Shown here: positions 10,029-20,362 of the stretch, piece by piece
Position numbering within the stretch: the first letter of the stretch is position 1
Layout of the letters: each line of letters starts with the position of its first letter
NCBI GenBank assembly: GCA_963764165.1
Contig: CAVXRD010000002.1
Coordinates: forward strand, 3,232,001-3,296,000
Origin: an uncultured Verrucomicrobiae bacterium
Lineage (GTDB): Bacteria > Verrucomicrobiota > Verrucomicrobiia > Limisphaerales > Palsa-1400
Length of the DNA stretch: 64,000 nt
Direction of reading: 5' to 3'
The notes under the pieces: generated by a model
Told to the model about the DNA's origin: nothing
The model's input: only the letters and a program-made list of their open reading frames with translations
Database searches by the model: none
Made by a program: the position numbers and the translations under genes

Positions 10029-12242
10029 ATGAATTTAACAAAAAAGCTAGAACAGAAAGTCTCCCGGCGGTTGTTGAGCCTGACCTTGGCAGGCGGCTCA
10101 ATGGTTTCCAATGCTGTGTTGGGCCAAACCAACACCGCTCCCTCAGCCACCAATGTTTTGGATACGGTTGTGGTGGAAGGGCAGCTCAACCAGGCGCGCA
10201 GTGGCATACTCACGTCCGTCGGAGCGACGTCCTACAACATCAGCAGCGAAGCAATTTTGAATGAGGCGCAGGGCAACAACGCGTCATTTAACCAGCTTTT
10301 GCTGCGAGCGCCCGGGGTGGCGGAGGACTCGCTTGGGCAGGTTCACGTCCGTGGGGAGCACGCCAATTTGCAGTATCGAATTAATGATGTGCTGCTTCCA
10401 GAAGGCATTACAGGCTTCGGGCAGGAACCGGACCCGCGGTTCGTCCAGGATATGCAGTTGATCAACGGTTCTTTGCCGGCGGAGTATGGCTTCCGAACGG
10501 CAGGTATCGTGGATATTCAGACCAAGAGCGGAGCCGCGTTGAACGGGGGTTCGGCGGAAGTCTTCGGAGGCAGCTACGACACAATCCGCCCGAGCTTCGA
10601 GTATGGGAGCACCGTCGGCAAATCGAGTTTTTTCATCGATGGGAGTTATACCCATGATAATATCGGCATTGAGAATCCGACCCCGTCTTCCGTGCCAATT
10701 CACGATTACACGGATCAGTATAAGACGTTCTTGTACTATTCGTACATCATGGACCCGACCAGCCGGATTATTGCAATGGGCAGCATTTCCTACAGCCAAT
10801 TTGAAATCCCCATCGACCCCGGACTGGCAGCCACCCCGCAACCGAATGGAAGCCCATGGGTGGGGGCCGCGAGTCCCTCGCCGTTCGCCCTCAATGACAC
10901 CCAGAATGAGATCAATGACTATGGAGTTCTAGCCTATCAGAAATCCGCAGGCGATTTGAACTACCAATTGTCAGCCTATGGACGAAACAGCGGGGCACAC
11001 TATGTTCCAAACAATCTTCCGGCGACGCTCGACTACAATAACGGCATTGCGACCGACGAGAATCGGGCCATCTATTCGGGTGGCGCACAGTTGGATCTCA
11101 GTTACGCGTTGGGAGATTCACATACACTGCGCGGTGGATTAACATATCTCCATGAATATGTGGTTTCCGATACTTCGACTACGGTTTTTGATGTCGACGG
11201 AAATGGGAATGCCATGGGCGGGCCGTTCTCCATCAACCAAAACAACACTCCTCACGCGGATTTTGGCGGGGCATACCTGCAAGATGAGTGGAAAATAATT
11301 CCGCAACTGACGCTTAACGCCGGTGTGCGCTTTGACGCCTATACGTCGGATTCGGATTCCGAGAATCAAGTCAGCCCGCGCGCCAATCTTGTCTATAAAC
11401 CGATCGATTCCACGACGCTGCACGGCGGCTATTCCAGGTATTTTACGCCGCCGCCTTTGGAAACGGTGCCATCTGGAGATATCACGGCGTTCAACGGCAC
11501 GTCCGACGCACCCGGATTGGCGGGCCCTTATGACACAGTTAAAGCTGAGCGCGCGAACTACTATGACTTGGGCGTCAGCCAGAAAATTCCATTCGTTCCG
11601 GGATTGACGCTCGGGGTAGACGGGTATTACAAGACCGCGCAACAGCAGCTTGACGATGGATTCTTCGGCCAATCGCTGATCCTCTCCTCCTTTAATTACG
11701 AGCGGGGGCGCGTTCGCGGAATTGAATTCACAACCAGCTATGAAACGAACGGACTGTCGTTGTACGCCAACGTGGCATACTCGGTAGCCCAAGGCGAAGG
11801 CGCCTCCTCAGCGCAGTACCTCTGGGGAGATCCGGCTACCGTCAATTACGTCAATCATAATTGGATTTATCTTGATCATGACCAACGGCTGACCGGTTCC
11901 TTCGGCGCAGCTTACACATTAAACGAACCCGGCCGCTGGAGCACGCGGCTGCTCGTCGATGCCATTTATGGCAGCGGCCTCCGGCAGGACGCTGGCTTTA
12001 TTGCCGGGTCGGACGGCGAAGCCGTTCCTAACGCCGCAAGCGTCGGAGCCTACTATTCGCTCAATTTCGGCGTCGCCGAAAGATTGCGCCTGTCTCATAA
12101 GCAAGCGCTGGTGGCTCGGTTGGATATTGTCAATATCACCGACAACGTTTATCCGCTTCGCACAGGAAGCGGCGTGGGAGTCAATGCCGCTCAATACGGA
12201 GAACGTCGAGGCATCTTCGGCTCGTTGAGCTACGAATTCTGA
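10029..12242 (+). CDS. TonB-dependent receptor
   Basis: Signal peptide, LDTVVVEG TonB box, plug HVRGEH, LQDEWK, C-terminal Phe. Confidence 0.92.
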   Translation: MNLTKKLEQKVSRRLLSLTLAGGSMVSNAVLGQTNTAPSATNVLDTVVVEGQLNQARSGILTSVGATSYNISSEAILNEAQGNNASFNQLLLRAPGVAEDSLGQVHVRGEHANLQYRINDVLLPEGITGFGQEPDPRFVQDMQLINGSLPAEYGFRTAGIVDIQTKSGAALNGGSAEVFGGSYDTIRPSFEYGSTVGKSSFFIDGSYTHDNIGIENPTPSSVPIHDYTDQYKTFLYYSYIMDPTSRIIAMGSISYSQFEIPIDPGLAATPQPNGSPWVGAASPSPFALNDTQNEINDYGVLAYQKSAGDLNYQLSAYGRNSGAHYVPNNLPATLDYNNGIATDENRAIYSGGAQLDLSYALGDSHTLRGGLTYLHEYVVSDTSTTVFDVDGNGNAMGGPFSINQNNTPHADFGGAYLQDEWKIIPQLTLNAGVRFDAYTSDSDSENQVSPRANLVYKPIDSTTLHGGYSRYFTPPPLETVPSGDITAFNGTSDAPGLAGPYDTVKAERANYYDLGVSQKIPFVPGLTLGVDGYYKTAQQQLDDGFFGQSLILSSFNYERGRVRGIEFTTSYETNGLSLYANVAYSVAQGEGASSAQYLWGDPATVNYVNHNWIYLDHDQRLTGSFGAAYTLNEPGRWSTRLLVDAIYGSGLRQDAGFIAGSDGEAVPNAASVGAYYSLNFGVAERLRLSHKQALVARLDIVNITDNVYPLRTGSGVGVNAAQYGERRGIFGSLSYEF

Positions 12243-12388
12243 GGCCCAAACGAGTTTGGCCTGATTCAGAGCAGACAGTTCTTGGACGGCCATGGGATTC
12301 GGTTCATCTTACAATCTGGCACGGGTTCTACCCCCGCGTCAGAAATCAACAGCCTGTTAGACAGCGGAACGAATGACCTTTCGGCCGC

Positions 12389-14668
12389 CTAAAAAAACGC
12401 CGTCAGACCGCCATAAAATGCGCGACGCGGCCCGTAGGCCGGCGCGGCGACACCAAGCCCGCTGCCGTCGCGAAGTTTGACAATCTCATCGAACAGATTG
12501 AGGCAGTCAAAACGCAGCTTCAGTTCGCTAATGCCCGCCAAGTGCGGGCGCCAGACATGTTCCACGCCGAGATTCACCGTCACATAGGAGGGATTTTTTC
12601 CAAGATTGGCAAAGCCTCTGCGCAGCCCGTCCCCATAGAGGAAATCAGTATGCAGCAGGGTGTCTGTCAGAAGAGTATAAGATAGGCCGCCCGAACCGGT
12701 GAACTGGCCCTGGTGATCGAGTTGAATGTAGTTGTTGGCGATGTAGTTGAATTCGTTGTCGGGGAATTCATTTTGCACGGAGTTGATGTCCGAGGCCTCG
12801 GCCTGGACATACGAGAAATTTCCATACAGCGAAAGCGGCCCGTGCTTGTAGATGCTGCTCAATTCCGCGCCGTAAACGCGGGCTTTGGCGTAATTGAAAT
12901 TATCCAGAATGACGGCGGTGCCAAATTGCCCATCGTCAATGAGATTCCTGGCCTGCTTGTAATAGCCGTCCAGTGTCACCTGCCAGGCGGGCGTAATCTG
13001 CCGGGAAATGCCGGCGTCATAATAATTATCGCGTTCGCATTTTTGCGGACCATCCTGGCCATTGAACGGCGCGTCGGTTGTGTATTCAAATTGTTTGACA
13101 ACGGACGGTGGAATGTATTGCAGCGTCGGCGTCTGAAAATAACGCGCGTAGCCGATGTGCGCGGTGGTGGCCTCGTCCATTTGCCAGACCAGATTCGCGC
13201 GCGGACTCACCTGGCCTTCGTGATCGGATTGGACATCGAAGCGGTCATAGCGAAGGCCGTAATTTAATGTCAGCCGGTCCGTCAACTGCCATTGGCCCTG
13301 CAAATAAACGCCGGACTTGATGCCGCTGTTCCGCCCCCTGGCGTTGATCGTCTCCGGCGTTGACGACGATTGCGGCGTGGGAGTTGGTTCGTCCTGGCCC
13401 ATCCCGCTGGGCGCGAATTGCGAGGCGGATGGAAAAACCGAGGCCGTGTTTTCAAGCTGCTCGGCATCGAAAGTCGCCACAAAACCGCCGCGCAGCGTGT
13501 GATGCTCACCCAGTGTGTAATCTCCATCCGCCTGCACGCCATTGGCCAAATCCGTGTTTTTCACTTTCGACGCGTTGCCGTTGAACAGCAGGTCTCGCAC
13601 TTCGTCCGGGCTGAAATCCAAGTCCAAGTAACGACTGAACACCGACATTTGTCCGGAAAAATTACGAGCAAACTTTTGGTAAGACAGCACGGCGTAATAA
13701 TTCTGCTCGTTCTGATTCTCGTTGATGATGGAGGAATTTGCGGTCGGACCGCCATTCAATGTGTAGCTCGGTGTCAGCCCCGGCGTGTTCGGAATCTGAA
13801 AATCTGAATACGACGCGCTCAACAGCAACGTCGCTCGGCTCGTCTTGTCGAACCGGTCGGCGAAATAACCAAAGAGTTTTTCCTGATCTGTGAGGTCGTG
13901 AAGCGGGTTCCGGTCGGCTGTCGTGTTGTCAATACCAAGGTTGTTGTGCAGGTATGACGCCGTGATAAAATAATCGATATTGCTCTTCGTGCCGCCAAAT
14001 GAGCCGGAGGGATGGATGGTGTCGTAACTGCCTCCGTAAACGGAAACGTCATTGCCGTTAAGCTGGCTGCCCGACTTGGTCGTGATGTCAAAAATTCCCG
14101 CTATGCGGTCGCCATACTGCGCGGGCAGCGTCCCGGTCAGAAGGGTGACCGAATGGATCAGATGGGGATCGACCGCCTGCGCGAAGCCGTTCAGGCCCTC
14201 TGGAAGCGAAACGCCATTGAGACGGTATTGCACATTGCCGTGATCGCCGCGTACATGAACCTCGCCGAATTCATCCTGCACCACGCCCGGTTCTTGCAGG
14301 AGTATCTCCTGAAATGAGGCATTCTCGCCCTGTCCCATTGCCTGAATCTGGCTGGAGCCGATCGTATAGGCCACCGCTCCGAGACTCGGCGCAATTTCGT
14401 CAGGCGATTTGTCCGGATCCGCCGTGACCGTCACCGTTGGCAGCGTGGTGGTGGAGTTGGTCCCGGGGGGCGAGGCGCTTTTTGGTTCCTGCCCGGCCAC
14501 AGTCGTCTCGGGTCCGCTCCGGGAGTTGGTGGGGCCGGAGTGTCCTTCCGTCGTTCCGGGTTGAATGTTTTGCGCGTCCGACGTGGCGCAACACGAGCAG
14601 AACAGCGCGAACGACGCCACGCCTTGGGCCGCGCACCATCTCATCGTGTGTAGCCGAATAGTTATCAT
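12389..14668 (-). CDS. TonB-dependent receptor, paralog of 10029-12242
   Basis: LPTVTVTA TonB box, HVRGDH plug, YIQLDHQ, terminal FF; collinear with the upstream paralog. Confidence 0.92.
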   Translation of the reverse strand: MITIRLHTMRWCAAQGVASFALFCSCCATSDAQNIQPGTTEGHSGPTNSRSGPETTVAGQEPKSASPPGTNSTTTLPTVTVTADPDKSPDEIAPSLGAVAYTIGSSQIQAMGQGENASFQEILLQEPGVVQDEFGEVHVRGDHGNVQYRLNGVSLPEGLNGFAQAVDPHLIHSVTLLTGTLPAQYGDRIAGIFDITTKSGSQLNGNDVSVYGGSYDTIHPSGSFGGTKSNIDYFITASYLHNNLGIDNTTADRNPLHDLTDQEKLFGYFADRFDKTSRATLLLSASYSDFQIPNTPGLTPSYTLNGGPTANSSIINENQNEQNYYAVLSYQKFARNFSGQMSVFSRYLDLDFSPDEVRDLLFNGNASKVKNTDLANGVQADGDYTLGEHHTLRGGFVATFDAEQLENTASVFPSASQFAPSGMGQDEPTPTPQSSSTPETINARGRNSGIKSGVYLQGQWQLTDRLTLNYGLRYDRFDVQSDHEGQVSPRANLVWQMDEATTAHIGYARYFQTPTLQYIPPSVVKQFEYTTDAPFNGQDGPQKCERDNYYDAGISRQITPAWQVTLDGYYKQARNLIDDGQFGTAVILDNFNYAKARVYGAELSSIYKHGPLSLYGNFSYVQAEASDINSVQNEFPDNEFNYIANNYIQLDHQGQFTGSGGLSYTLLTDTLLHTDFLYGDGLRRGFANLGKNPSYVTVNLGVEHVWRPHLAGISELKLRFDCLNLFDEIVKLRDGSGLGVAAPAYGPRRAFYGGLTAFF

Positions 14669-14684
14669 GTAGCTACAGCTACAT
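14667..14684. promoter_or_regulatory. MntR-type operator
   Basis: Perfect 7-4-7 palindrome ATGTAGC-TACA-GCTACAT with the TAGC-N4-GCTA core of the E. coli MntR box; sits between the receptor and mntR. Confidence 0.75.
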
Positions 14685-14732
14685 CATATGGCCTCGACTC
14701 GTCAATCCATTTTGCGCAGGATAAAATAAAAT

Positions 14733-15209
14733 ATGACCAGACCGTCCAAAGTCTCGCCTGGCCGGGAACAAAGTCGCGGCACGCCTCGCTCGGCGGAAAC
14801 CCAGGCGGCCGCCCTGCGCCGGACCCGTCTCGAACACGCCGCTGAAACGGCGCAGGATTACGCCGAGGCAATCGCCGATCTTTGCGCCCTTCAGGGGGAG
14901 GCCCGAGCCGTGGATTTGGCCCGACGCCTCGGCGTGTCTCATGTGACGGTCATTCGAACCATCGCCCGCCTGCAACGGGATGGGTACGTCTCCACACGTC
15001 CGTATCGTTCCATATTTCTGACACAGAAGGGATCCACCCTGGCGGAGGAATCCCGGCGCCGCCACGACATTGTGCTGGCGTTTCTGCGTTCACTCGGCGT
15101 CCCGGAGGAAGTCGCCCAAACTGACGCGGAGGGCATTGAACACCACGTAAGCCCGGCGACTCTCGCCGCGTTCAAACACCATGCCGCGTCGATGGAGAAG
15201 CGGCGCTAA
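14733..15209 (+). CDS. mntR: Manganese-binding transcriptional regulator (DtxR family)
   Basis: QDYAEAIADL, DLARRLGVSHVTV HTH, RRRH, DAEGIEHHVS. Confidence 0.9.
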   Translation: MTRPSKVSPGREQSRGTPRSAETQAAALRRTRLEHAAETAQDYAEAIADLCALQGEARAVDLARRLGVSHVTVIRTIARLQRDGYVSTRPYRSIFLTQKGSTLAEESRRRHDIVLAFLRSLGVPEEVAQTDAEGIEHHVSPATLAAFKHHAASMEKRR

Positions 15210-15245
15210 TCTTCAAAATGGGCAGATCCTTCGAAAGATCGAACG

Positions 15246-16364
15246 TCAAGATTTACCCGCCGATTTTAGAACCGGATAATCCGTGTAGCCTTTTTCCGTG
15301 CCGCCGTAAAACGTCTGGCGGTCGGAGGGATTGAGCGGCGCGTTCTGCGCAAAACGTTCGACCAAATCGGGATTGGCGATGAACTGGCTTCCCCAGGCGA
15401 TGGCATCGGCTTCGCCCCTTTGCACCGCTTCCACTCCGCTGGCCAACGTGTGGCCGCCTGCGGAAATCAACTTCGTGTCGCCGGTGATCAACGGTTTGAA
15501 ATGGCGCGAAGCAAGCGCCGCGTCAAATTGCCCGGCTTCCACGTTGCCCGCGACGCGCGGTTCAATCAGGTGAATATACGCGAGCTGAAACCGATTCAAT
15601 TCGCTGATGACATGCGCGTAGGTGCCGAAACGATCGGTATGCGCAATGCCGTCGTGGGCGTTCGCGGGCGAAAAGCGAATGCCGACGCGGCTTCCTTGCC
15701 AAACGGAGGCCACCGCTTCGGTGACTTCGAGGACCAGCCGCGCACGATTCGCCACGTTGCCGCCGTATCTATCCGTCCGCACATTCGCATGGTCGGATAG
15801 GAATTGTTCAAGTAGATAGCCGTTGGCCGCGTGGATTTCCACACCGTCAAAGCCGGCCCGCTTGGCCAGTTCCGCCGCGCGCCTGTGTTCCTCGACGACA
15901 CCGGCAATCTCGTTCGTTTCCAATGCGCGCGGCACGGGACAATCTTTCAACACGCCGGGCGAGACCGGCGACTTCCCTTGGCTGGGAATGGCGCTGGGCG
16001 CCACCGGTGATTCGCCATTTGGTTGAAAATCGTTGTGCGACATCCGTCCAGCGTGGAAGAGTTGCAGGAACATTTTTCCACCCGCTTCATGGACGGCGCC
16101 CGTCACGAGTTTCCAAGCCTCGGCCTGTGCATTCGTATGAATGCAAGGCATGTGAAAATAGCCGTGCCCTCGCGGCGAAACCGGCGTTGCCTCGCTGATG
16201 ATCAATCCGGCGGACGCACGCTGGCGATAATACGTCGCATTGAGTTCCCACGGCATGTTGCCGGGCATTCTCGCCCGCATCCGCGTGGTCGGGGCCATGA
16301 GAATGCGATTGCGCAAGCTAACGGAGCCAAGCTCCAGCGGGGTGAAGAGTGTGATTGGTTTCAT
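15246..16364 (-). CDS. Alkene reductase (old yellow enzyme, NemA-like)
   Basis: NRILMAP.TR, GFDGVEIHAANGYL, TFYGG..KGYTDYP. Confidence 0.93.
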   Translation of the reverse strand: MKPITLFTPLELGSVSLRNRILMAPTTRMRARMPGNMPWELNATYYRQRASAGLIISEATPVSPRGHGYFHMPCIHTNAQAEAWKLVTGAVHEAGGKMFLQLFHAGRMSHNDFQPNGESPVAPSAIPSQGKSPVSPGVLKDCPVPRALETNEIAGVVEEHRRAAELAKRAGFDGVEIHAANGYLLEQFLSDHANVRTDRYGGNVANRARLVLEVTEAVASVWQGSRVGIRFSPANAHDGIAHTDRFGTYAHVISELNRFQLAYIHLIEPRVAGNVEAGQFDAALASRHFKPLITGDTKLISAGGHTLASGVEAVQRGEADAIAWGSQFIANPDLVERFAQNAPLNPSDRQTFYGGTEKGYTDYPVLKSAGKS

Positions 16365-16366
16365 AT

Positions 16367-17056
16367 TCAGGCCGTGACCGTGTTGAGATTGAGGACCAGG
16401 TTCAAAACTTCCAGCGGTTCCGAGCGCCGCGTGTAATCGGCATCCACGCGCGCATACGCAATCGTGCGGTCGCCACGAATGACAAACGTCGCCGGCATGG
16501 GCAATTCCTTGGCTCCTTCCGCGCCATTGGATTTTTCCAGCGAAACATCGAAGTCCGCGTAGACGTTGAGCAACGCCTTCGGCAGTTCAAAGGCCACGCC
16601 GAACGCGCGCGCGGCGCCGAGGCCGACATCGCTCAATACGGGGAAGGCGAGTTCCGCCTTCTCCTGCGTGGACAACGATTGGTCCGGCAGTTGCGGTGAA
16701 ATGGCCACCACCTGCGCGCCAGCCGCTGTGAACGCCGTGAGCGACTTTTGGAAGCCGCGCAGATGGATGTTGCAATACGGACACCAGCCGCCGCGGTAAA
16801 ACACCAGCACCACCGGCCCCCGTTCCAGTTCCGTATAAAGCCGCACGCTACGGCCGTCCACGTTGGGCAGGATAAAATCCGGCGCGATGTCGCCGGGCTC
16901 GAGCGCATGGCCCGCGGCGGCGTTGTTCTCGAGTTCCGCCGTGGCGGCGTCCATGATCTTCAACGCGGGCTTCGGAATTCTTTGGTCGCGGTAAAGGCTG
17001 CGGGCCGAGTCCAGTTCCTGGGTGGTTGTTAGAGTGTCCATAGTGGTTCTTGTCAA
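16367..17056 (-). CDS. Peroxiredoxin-like AhpC/TSA protein
   Basis: FYRGGWCPYCN, LPMPATFVI. Confidence 0.9.
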   Translation of the reverse strand: MTRTTMDTLTTTQELDSARSLYRDQRIPKPALKIMDAATAELENNAAAGHALEPGDIAPDFILPNVDGRSVRLYTELERGPVVLVFYRGGWCPYCNIHLRGFQKSLTAFTAAGAQVVAISPQLPDQSLSTQEKAELAFPVLSDVGLGAARAFGVAFELPKALLNVYADFDVSLEKSNGAEGAKELPMPATFVIRGDRTIAYARVDADYTRRSEPLEVLNLVLNLNTVTA

Positions 17057-17070
17057 AGTTGTGGCAAGGG

Positions 17071-17623
17071 TTATTTCTCGGGCGCAAACGCGGCATCGAG
17101 CGGGGCGGGATTGATGTGATCGAGGTAGTTGCTGATCGTCTTAAGCGCGACCGCCATCAAGACTTCCATCACCTGTGTCTTGGTGAAGCCCGCGGCAAGG
17201 AAGTCATCGATTGTCCCGCGAGCCGCATGACCGCGCTTCGAAACAAGCTCCCGGACAAGCGTCATCAGCGCATCCGTCTTCTTGTCGCCGGTGGGTTTGC
17301 CTGCACGAATGGCGGCCACAGTCTCGGCGGGCACTTTTTGGAAGGCCTTCAACCGTGCTGTGGGCGGCGACGCAATAGCCGCATTCGTTCTCCAGGCTCG
17401 CAGCGAGCAGGGCGAGCGTGCGCTGTTGCGGGGTGAACGACGTTTTATTCCATTCGGCGTCCAACGCCAGGTAGCCTTTCAGCATCTCGGGCGAATTGGC
17501 AAAGGTTGCCATCAGGTTGGGGACGAAGCCGAAGCTTTTCTGGATGCCTTCCATGACGGGCTTGGATGCCGCAGGGGCATCGGCGATGGTCAGCGGTTGC
17601 AGGAGGTTTGCGGTGGTATTCAT
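17071..17623 (-). pseudogene. Carboxymuconolactone decarboxylase/AhpD-like protein, frameshift near 17352
   Basis: FGFVPNL...ECGYCVAAHST in one frame; KAFQKVP...KTISNY in another. Confidence 0.8.
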
Positions 17624-17756
17624 ATTATTTCCTTGGATTTATCGTTTTAGTGTTAGTTCTGTTTGCCGCACCGATCTTCGGGCGACAGGATGAGGTTAGT
17701 GTGTCGTCAGTTATTGTTGAAATAGGGCTTTCTTTTCTCAGTAATAAGTTGGAACG
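17621..17756 (-). repeat. Triplicated promoter/leader, copy 1
   Basis: ~135 bp similar to 18535-18678 and 20229-20362. Confidence 0.85.
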
Positions 17757-17778
17757 CTTACTCTTCAAAACGCCGCGG

Positions 17779-18537
17779 TTATTTCGTGGTGGCGCGGGCC
17801 GCTTGTTTGATCACGTCGACCACGACCTCCGGGAAAGTGACGGGGATGGCATGCGAAGATTTCAGTTCAATAACGGTAGAGTGGGCGCGTTCGGCTTCGA
17901 ATTTGAATTCTTCCACGGGGATGACGGGATCCAGCAGGGGCCTGATTTGCCAACTCGGCTTGCTCGACCACGCCGCCGAGGTCAGTTTCTCGTTGAGGGC
18001 TGCCAAGGCGATGGGGCGTTGGGTGGCGATCATCAGGGCGACCACGTTCTCAGGCACGTCGGCGGCGACGAGGTTGCGGTATTTGTCCGCTTTGACGTGG
18101 ACATTTGTGCCGGTGGTTCCGTCGGGCAAAGTGAACGGGGTCAGCTCGACCGACGAGGCAAAGTCGCCGCCCGGAAACCGGACGAGACAATCGTTGGCGG
18201 ATTCCCCCGCCCCAGGCATGGGAGAGCCCGCGTAAACAAGGGCCTTGACCTTTGGATCGTCCCCCGCCTGGGTGATGACGGCCCCGCCATAGGCGTGGGA
18301 AACCAGGATCACGGGGCCGACAATCGTGTCAAGCAGGCTGCGGAGGTAGGCGGCATCGTGCGCCACGCCCCGCAAGGGGTTCGAAAAGACCCTGACGGGG
18401 TAGCCGTCCCGTTGGAGCCCTTGGATCACCCCATGAGTCCAGAGCGCCGAGTCTTCGAGGGCCCCATGCACGAGCACGATGGTGGGCTTGGACAAGTCGC
18501 CACTTCCCGAGGCGTTTGTATTGTCGATGGTATTCAT
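17779..18537 (-). CDS. Alpha/beta hydrolase
   Basis: IVLVHGA, SHAYGG at the nucleophile elbow, SSH. Confidence 0.85.
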   Translation of the reverse strand: MNTIDNTNASGSGDLSKPTIVLVHGALEDSALWTHGVIQGLQRDGYPVRVFSNPLRGVAHDAAYLRSLLDTIVGPVILVSHAYGGAVITQAGDDPKVKALVYAGSPMPGAGESANDCLVRFPGGDFASSVELTPFTLPDGTTGTNVHVKADKYRNLVAADVPENVVALMIATQRPIALAALNEKLTSAAWSSKPSWQIRPLLDPVIPVEEFKFEAERAHSTVIELKSSHAIPVTFPEVVVDVIKQAARATTK

Positions 18538-18678
18538 ATTATTTCCTTGGGTCTGTTGTTTTAGTGTTTAGTTCTGTTTGCCGCGCCGTTCTTTGGGCGA
18601 CACGATGAGATTAGCGAGGGCTCTGTTATTGTGGAAATAGTGGTTTATTCTGGCAGTAATAAGAGATAACGATTATTA
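18535..18678 (-). repeat. Triplicated promoter/leader, copy 2, with LysR-like palindrome
   Basis: Contains TAATAA-N10-TTATTA (18657-18678) just before the lysR start. Confidence 0.85.
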
Positions 18679-18686
18679 TTTTCAGC

Positions 18687-19601
18687 GTGGAACTACGCTA
18701 TCTCAGATACTTCGTCACCGTCGCCGAGCGGCAGAACTTCACCCGCGCGGCGGAGCAACTGCACGTGGCGCAACCGGCCATCAGCCAGCAGATCAAAGCC
18801 TTGGAGGAAGAGCTTGGCGTCTCGCTGCTGCACCGCAACAAGCGCAGCGTCAAGCTCACGGCGGCGGGCCACGCTTTTCTGTCCGAAGCCAGGGAAATAC
18901 TCGCCCACGCGGAACTTTCCAAACAAGTCGCGCGCCGCGCCGCGCGGGGCGAAACCGGGTCGCTCGCCATCGGCTGCGTCGGGGCGGGGGCGTCCGCCTT
19001 TCTGCCGGAAGTGATCCGGTCCTATCGCAAGAAGTATCCCGCCGTTCGCGTGCATTTGTTTGAGCTGACGCCGGAACAGCAATTGCAGGCTTTCGCCCGG
19101 GAGGGAATCGACGTCGGTTTCACGCGCCCGCTGGCCTCGTCGGACGAGAAGAATTTTACTCAAGAACGGATTTACCGCGACCGCTTGATGCTGGCGGTGC
19201 CGGAAAACCATGCGCTCGCCAAGGCTGAACACGTGCGCTTGGACAAATTCGCCAATGAGGATTTCGTGATGTTCAAACGGAGCGAAGCGCCCAGATTGGC
19301 TGACGCGATGACACAACTTTGCGCCAAGGCCGGCTTCACCCCGCAAGTTGTCAGCGTATTGCCCATGATTCAAACCATGTTGATGGCCGTGGCCTCCGGC
19401 ATTGGCGTGGCGCTCGCGCCGGGATGTGTCCGCACCTTTCGTCAACCCGGCGTGGCGATTCTGTCCGTGCGCCCCGTTTCGCCGCCGATCGATCTTGTGC
19501 TTGTACGACCCAAAGGCGAGCCTTCTCCAACCGTCTCCGCCTGGTTGGATCTGGTGCGGGAACGCCTGCCGACCATTCGCCTGCGAATGGAAAAGGAATG
19601 A
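18687..19601 (+). CDS. LysR-family regulator
   Basis: LRYFVTVAE..NFTRAAEQLHVAQPAISQQIK HTH. Confidence 0.95.
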   Translation: MELRYLRYFVTVAERQNFTRAAEQLHVAQPAISQQIKALEEELGVSLLHRNKRSVKLTAAGHAFLSEAREILAHAELSKQVARRAARGETGSLAIGCVGAGASAFLPEVIRSYRKKYPAVRVHLFELTPEQQLQAFAREGIDVGFTRPLASSDEKNFTQERIYRDRLMLAVPENHALAKAEHVRLDKFANEDFVMFKRSEAPRLADAMTQLCAKAGFTPQVVSVLPMIQTMLMAVASGIGVALAPGCVRTFRQPGVAILSVRPVSPPIDLVLVRPKGEPSPTVSAWLDLVRERLPTIRLRMEKE

Positions 19602-19931
19602 CCGTATTCACTTTCTCGCACCACTCCGTGAGTGCGTTCTGAAACCGTTGGTCCGTCCGGCCGGAAGGGAGAGCACGGCCCGGCCCGCGCCCAAGGCGGT
19701 TCCGAGTCAACCGCACCGCGACACTCACGGAACCCGGTCGGCTGTGCCTCTTTATTTGATTGTATAGCGCCGCTGGTTGAACAAACGGGCCGGTTGCATA
19801 ATGCGGCAGGCAGCCCGTTTTGAACAGGCCGCCTGCCGCACTAGATGCCGCTCCACCGTTGTAACCTGGAGCGAATCCAGATTTGCGATTCAAAGGCGGG
19901 TTTCCCGCCGCGAAGCGCCGTCCCCATGAAC

Positions 19932-20231
19932 TTATTTCTGGGCAACCAACTGGAGCCGATGAATCTTGGCGTCGGAGAAGAGGCGCTCCGCATTTGCCAC
20001 AAACTCCTTTCCAGCCTCGCCGTTCAAATGAGCCTCGCGGGCGGCTTCATCATTGAAGGTGTCGAAGATTCGATATACTCCGGGTTCGCCTTCGATTTTC
20101 GCCGCGTGCCACGTCACTGTTCCGGATTCGCCACTTACCAGCCTGGCCTCTTCCTTGAGAAAGGCTTCGACTTCCGATTCCTTGCCGGGTTTGGCCTTCA
20201 ATTCCACCAGAAACGCGAATTTAGTGTTCAT
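19932..20231 (-). CDS. Antibiotic biosynthesis monooxygenase-family protein
   Basis: LKAKPGKE, IFDTFNDEAAREAHL. Confidence 0.85.
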   Translation of the reverse strand: MNTKFAFLVELKAKPGKESEVEAFLKEEARLVSGESGTVTWHAAKIEGEPGVYRIFDTFNDEAAREAHLNGEAGKEFVANAERLFSDAKIHRLQLVAQK

Positions 20232-20362
20232 ATTATTTCCTATGCTTTGTGGTTTAGTTCGTTCTGCCGCGCCGTTTCTCGGGCGACGTGATGAGATTAG
20301 CGGGTGTGCTGTTATTGTGGAAATAGTGCTTTATTCTCGCAGTAATAAGATATAACGATTAC
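20229..20362 (-). repeat. Triplicated promoter/leader, copy 3
   Basis: Same blocks as copies 1 and 2. Confidence 0.85.
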
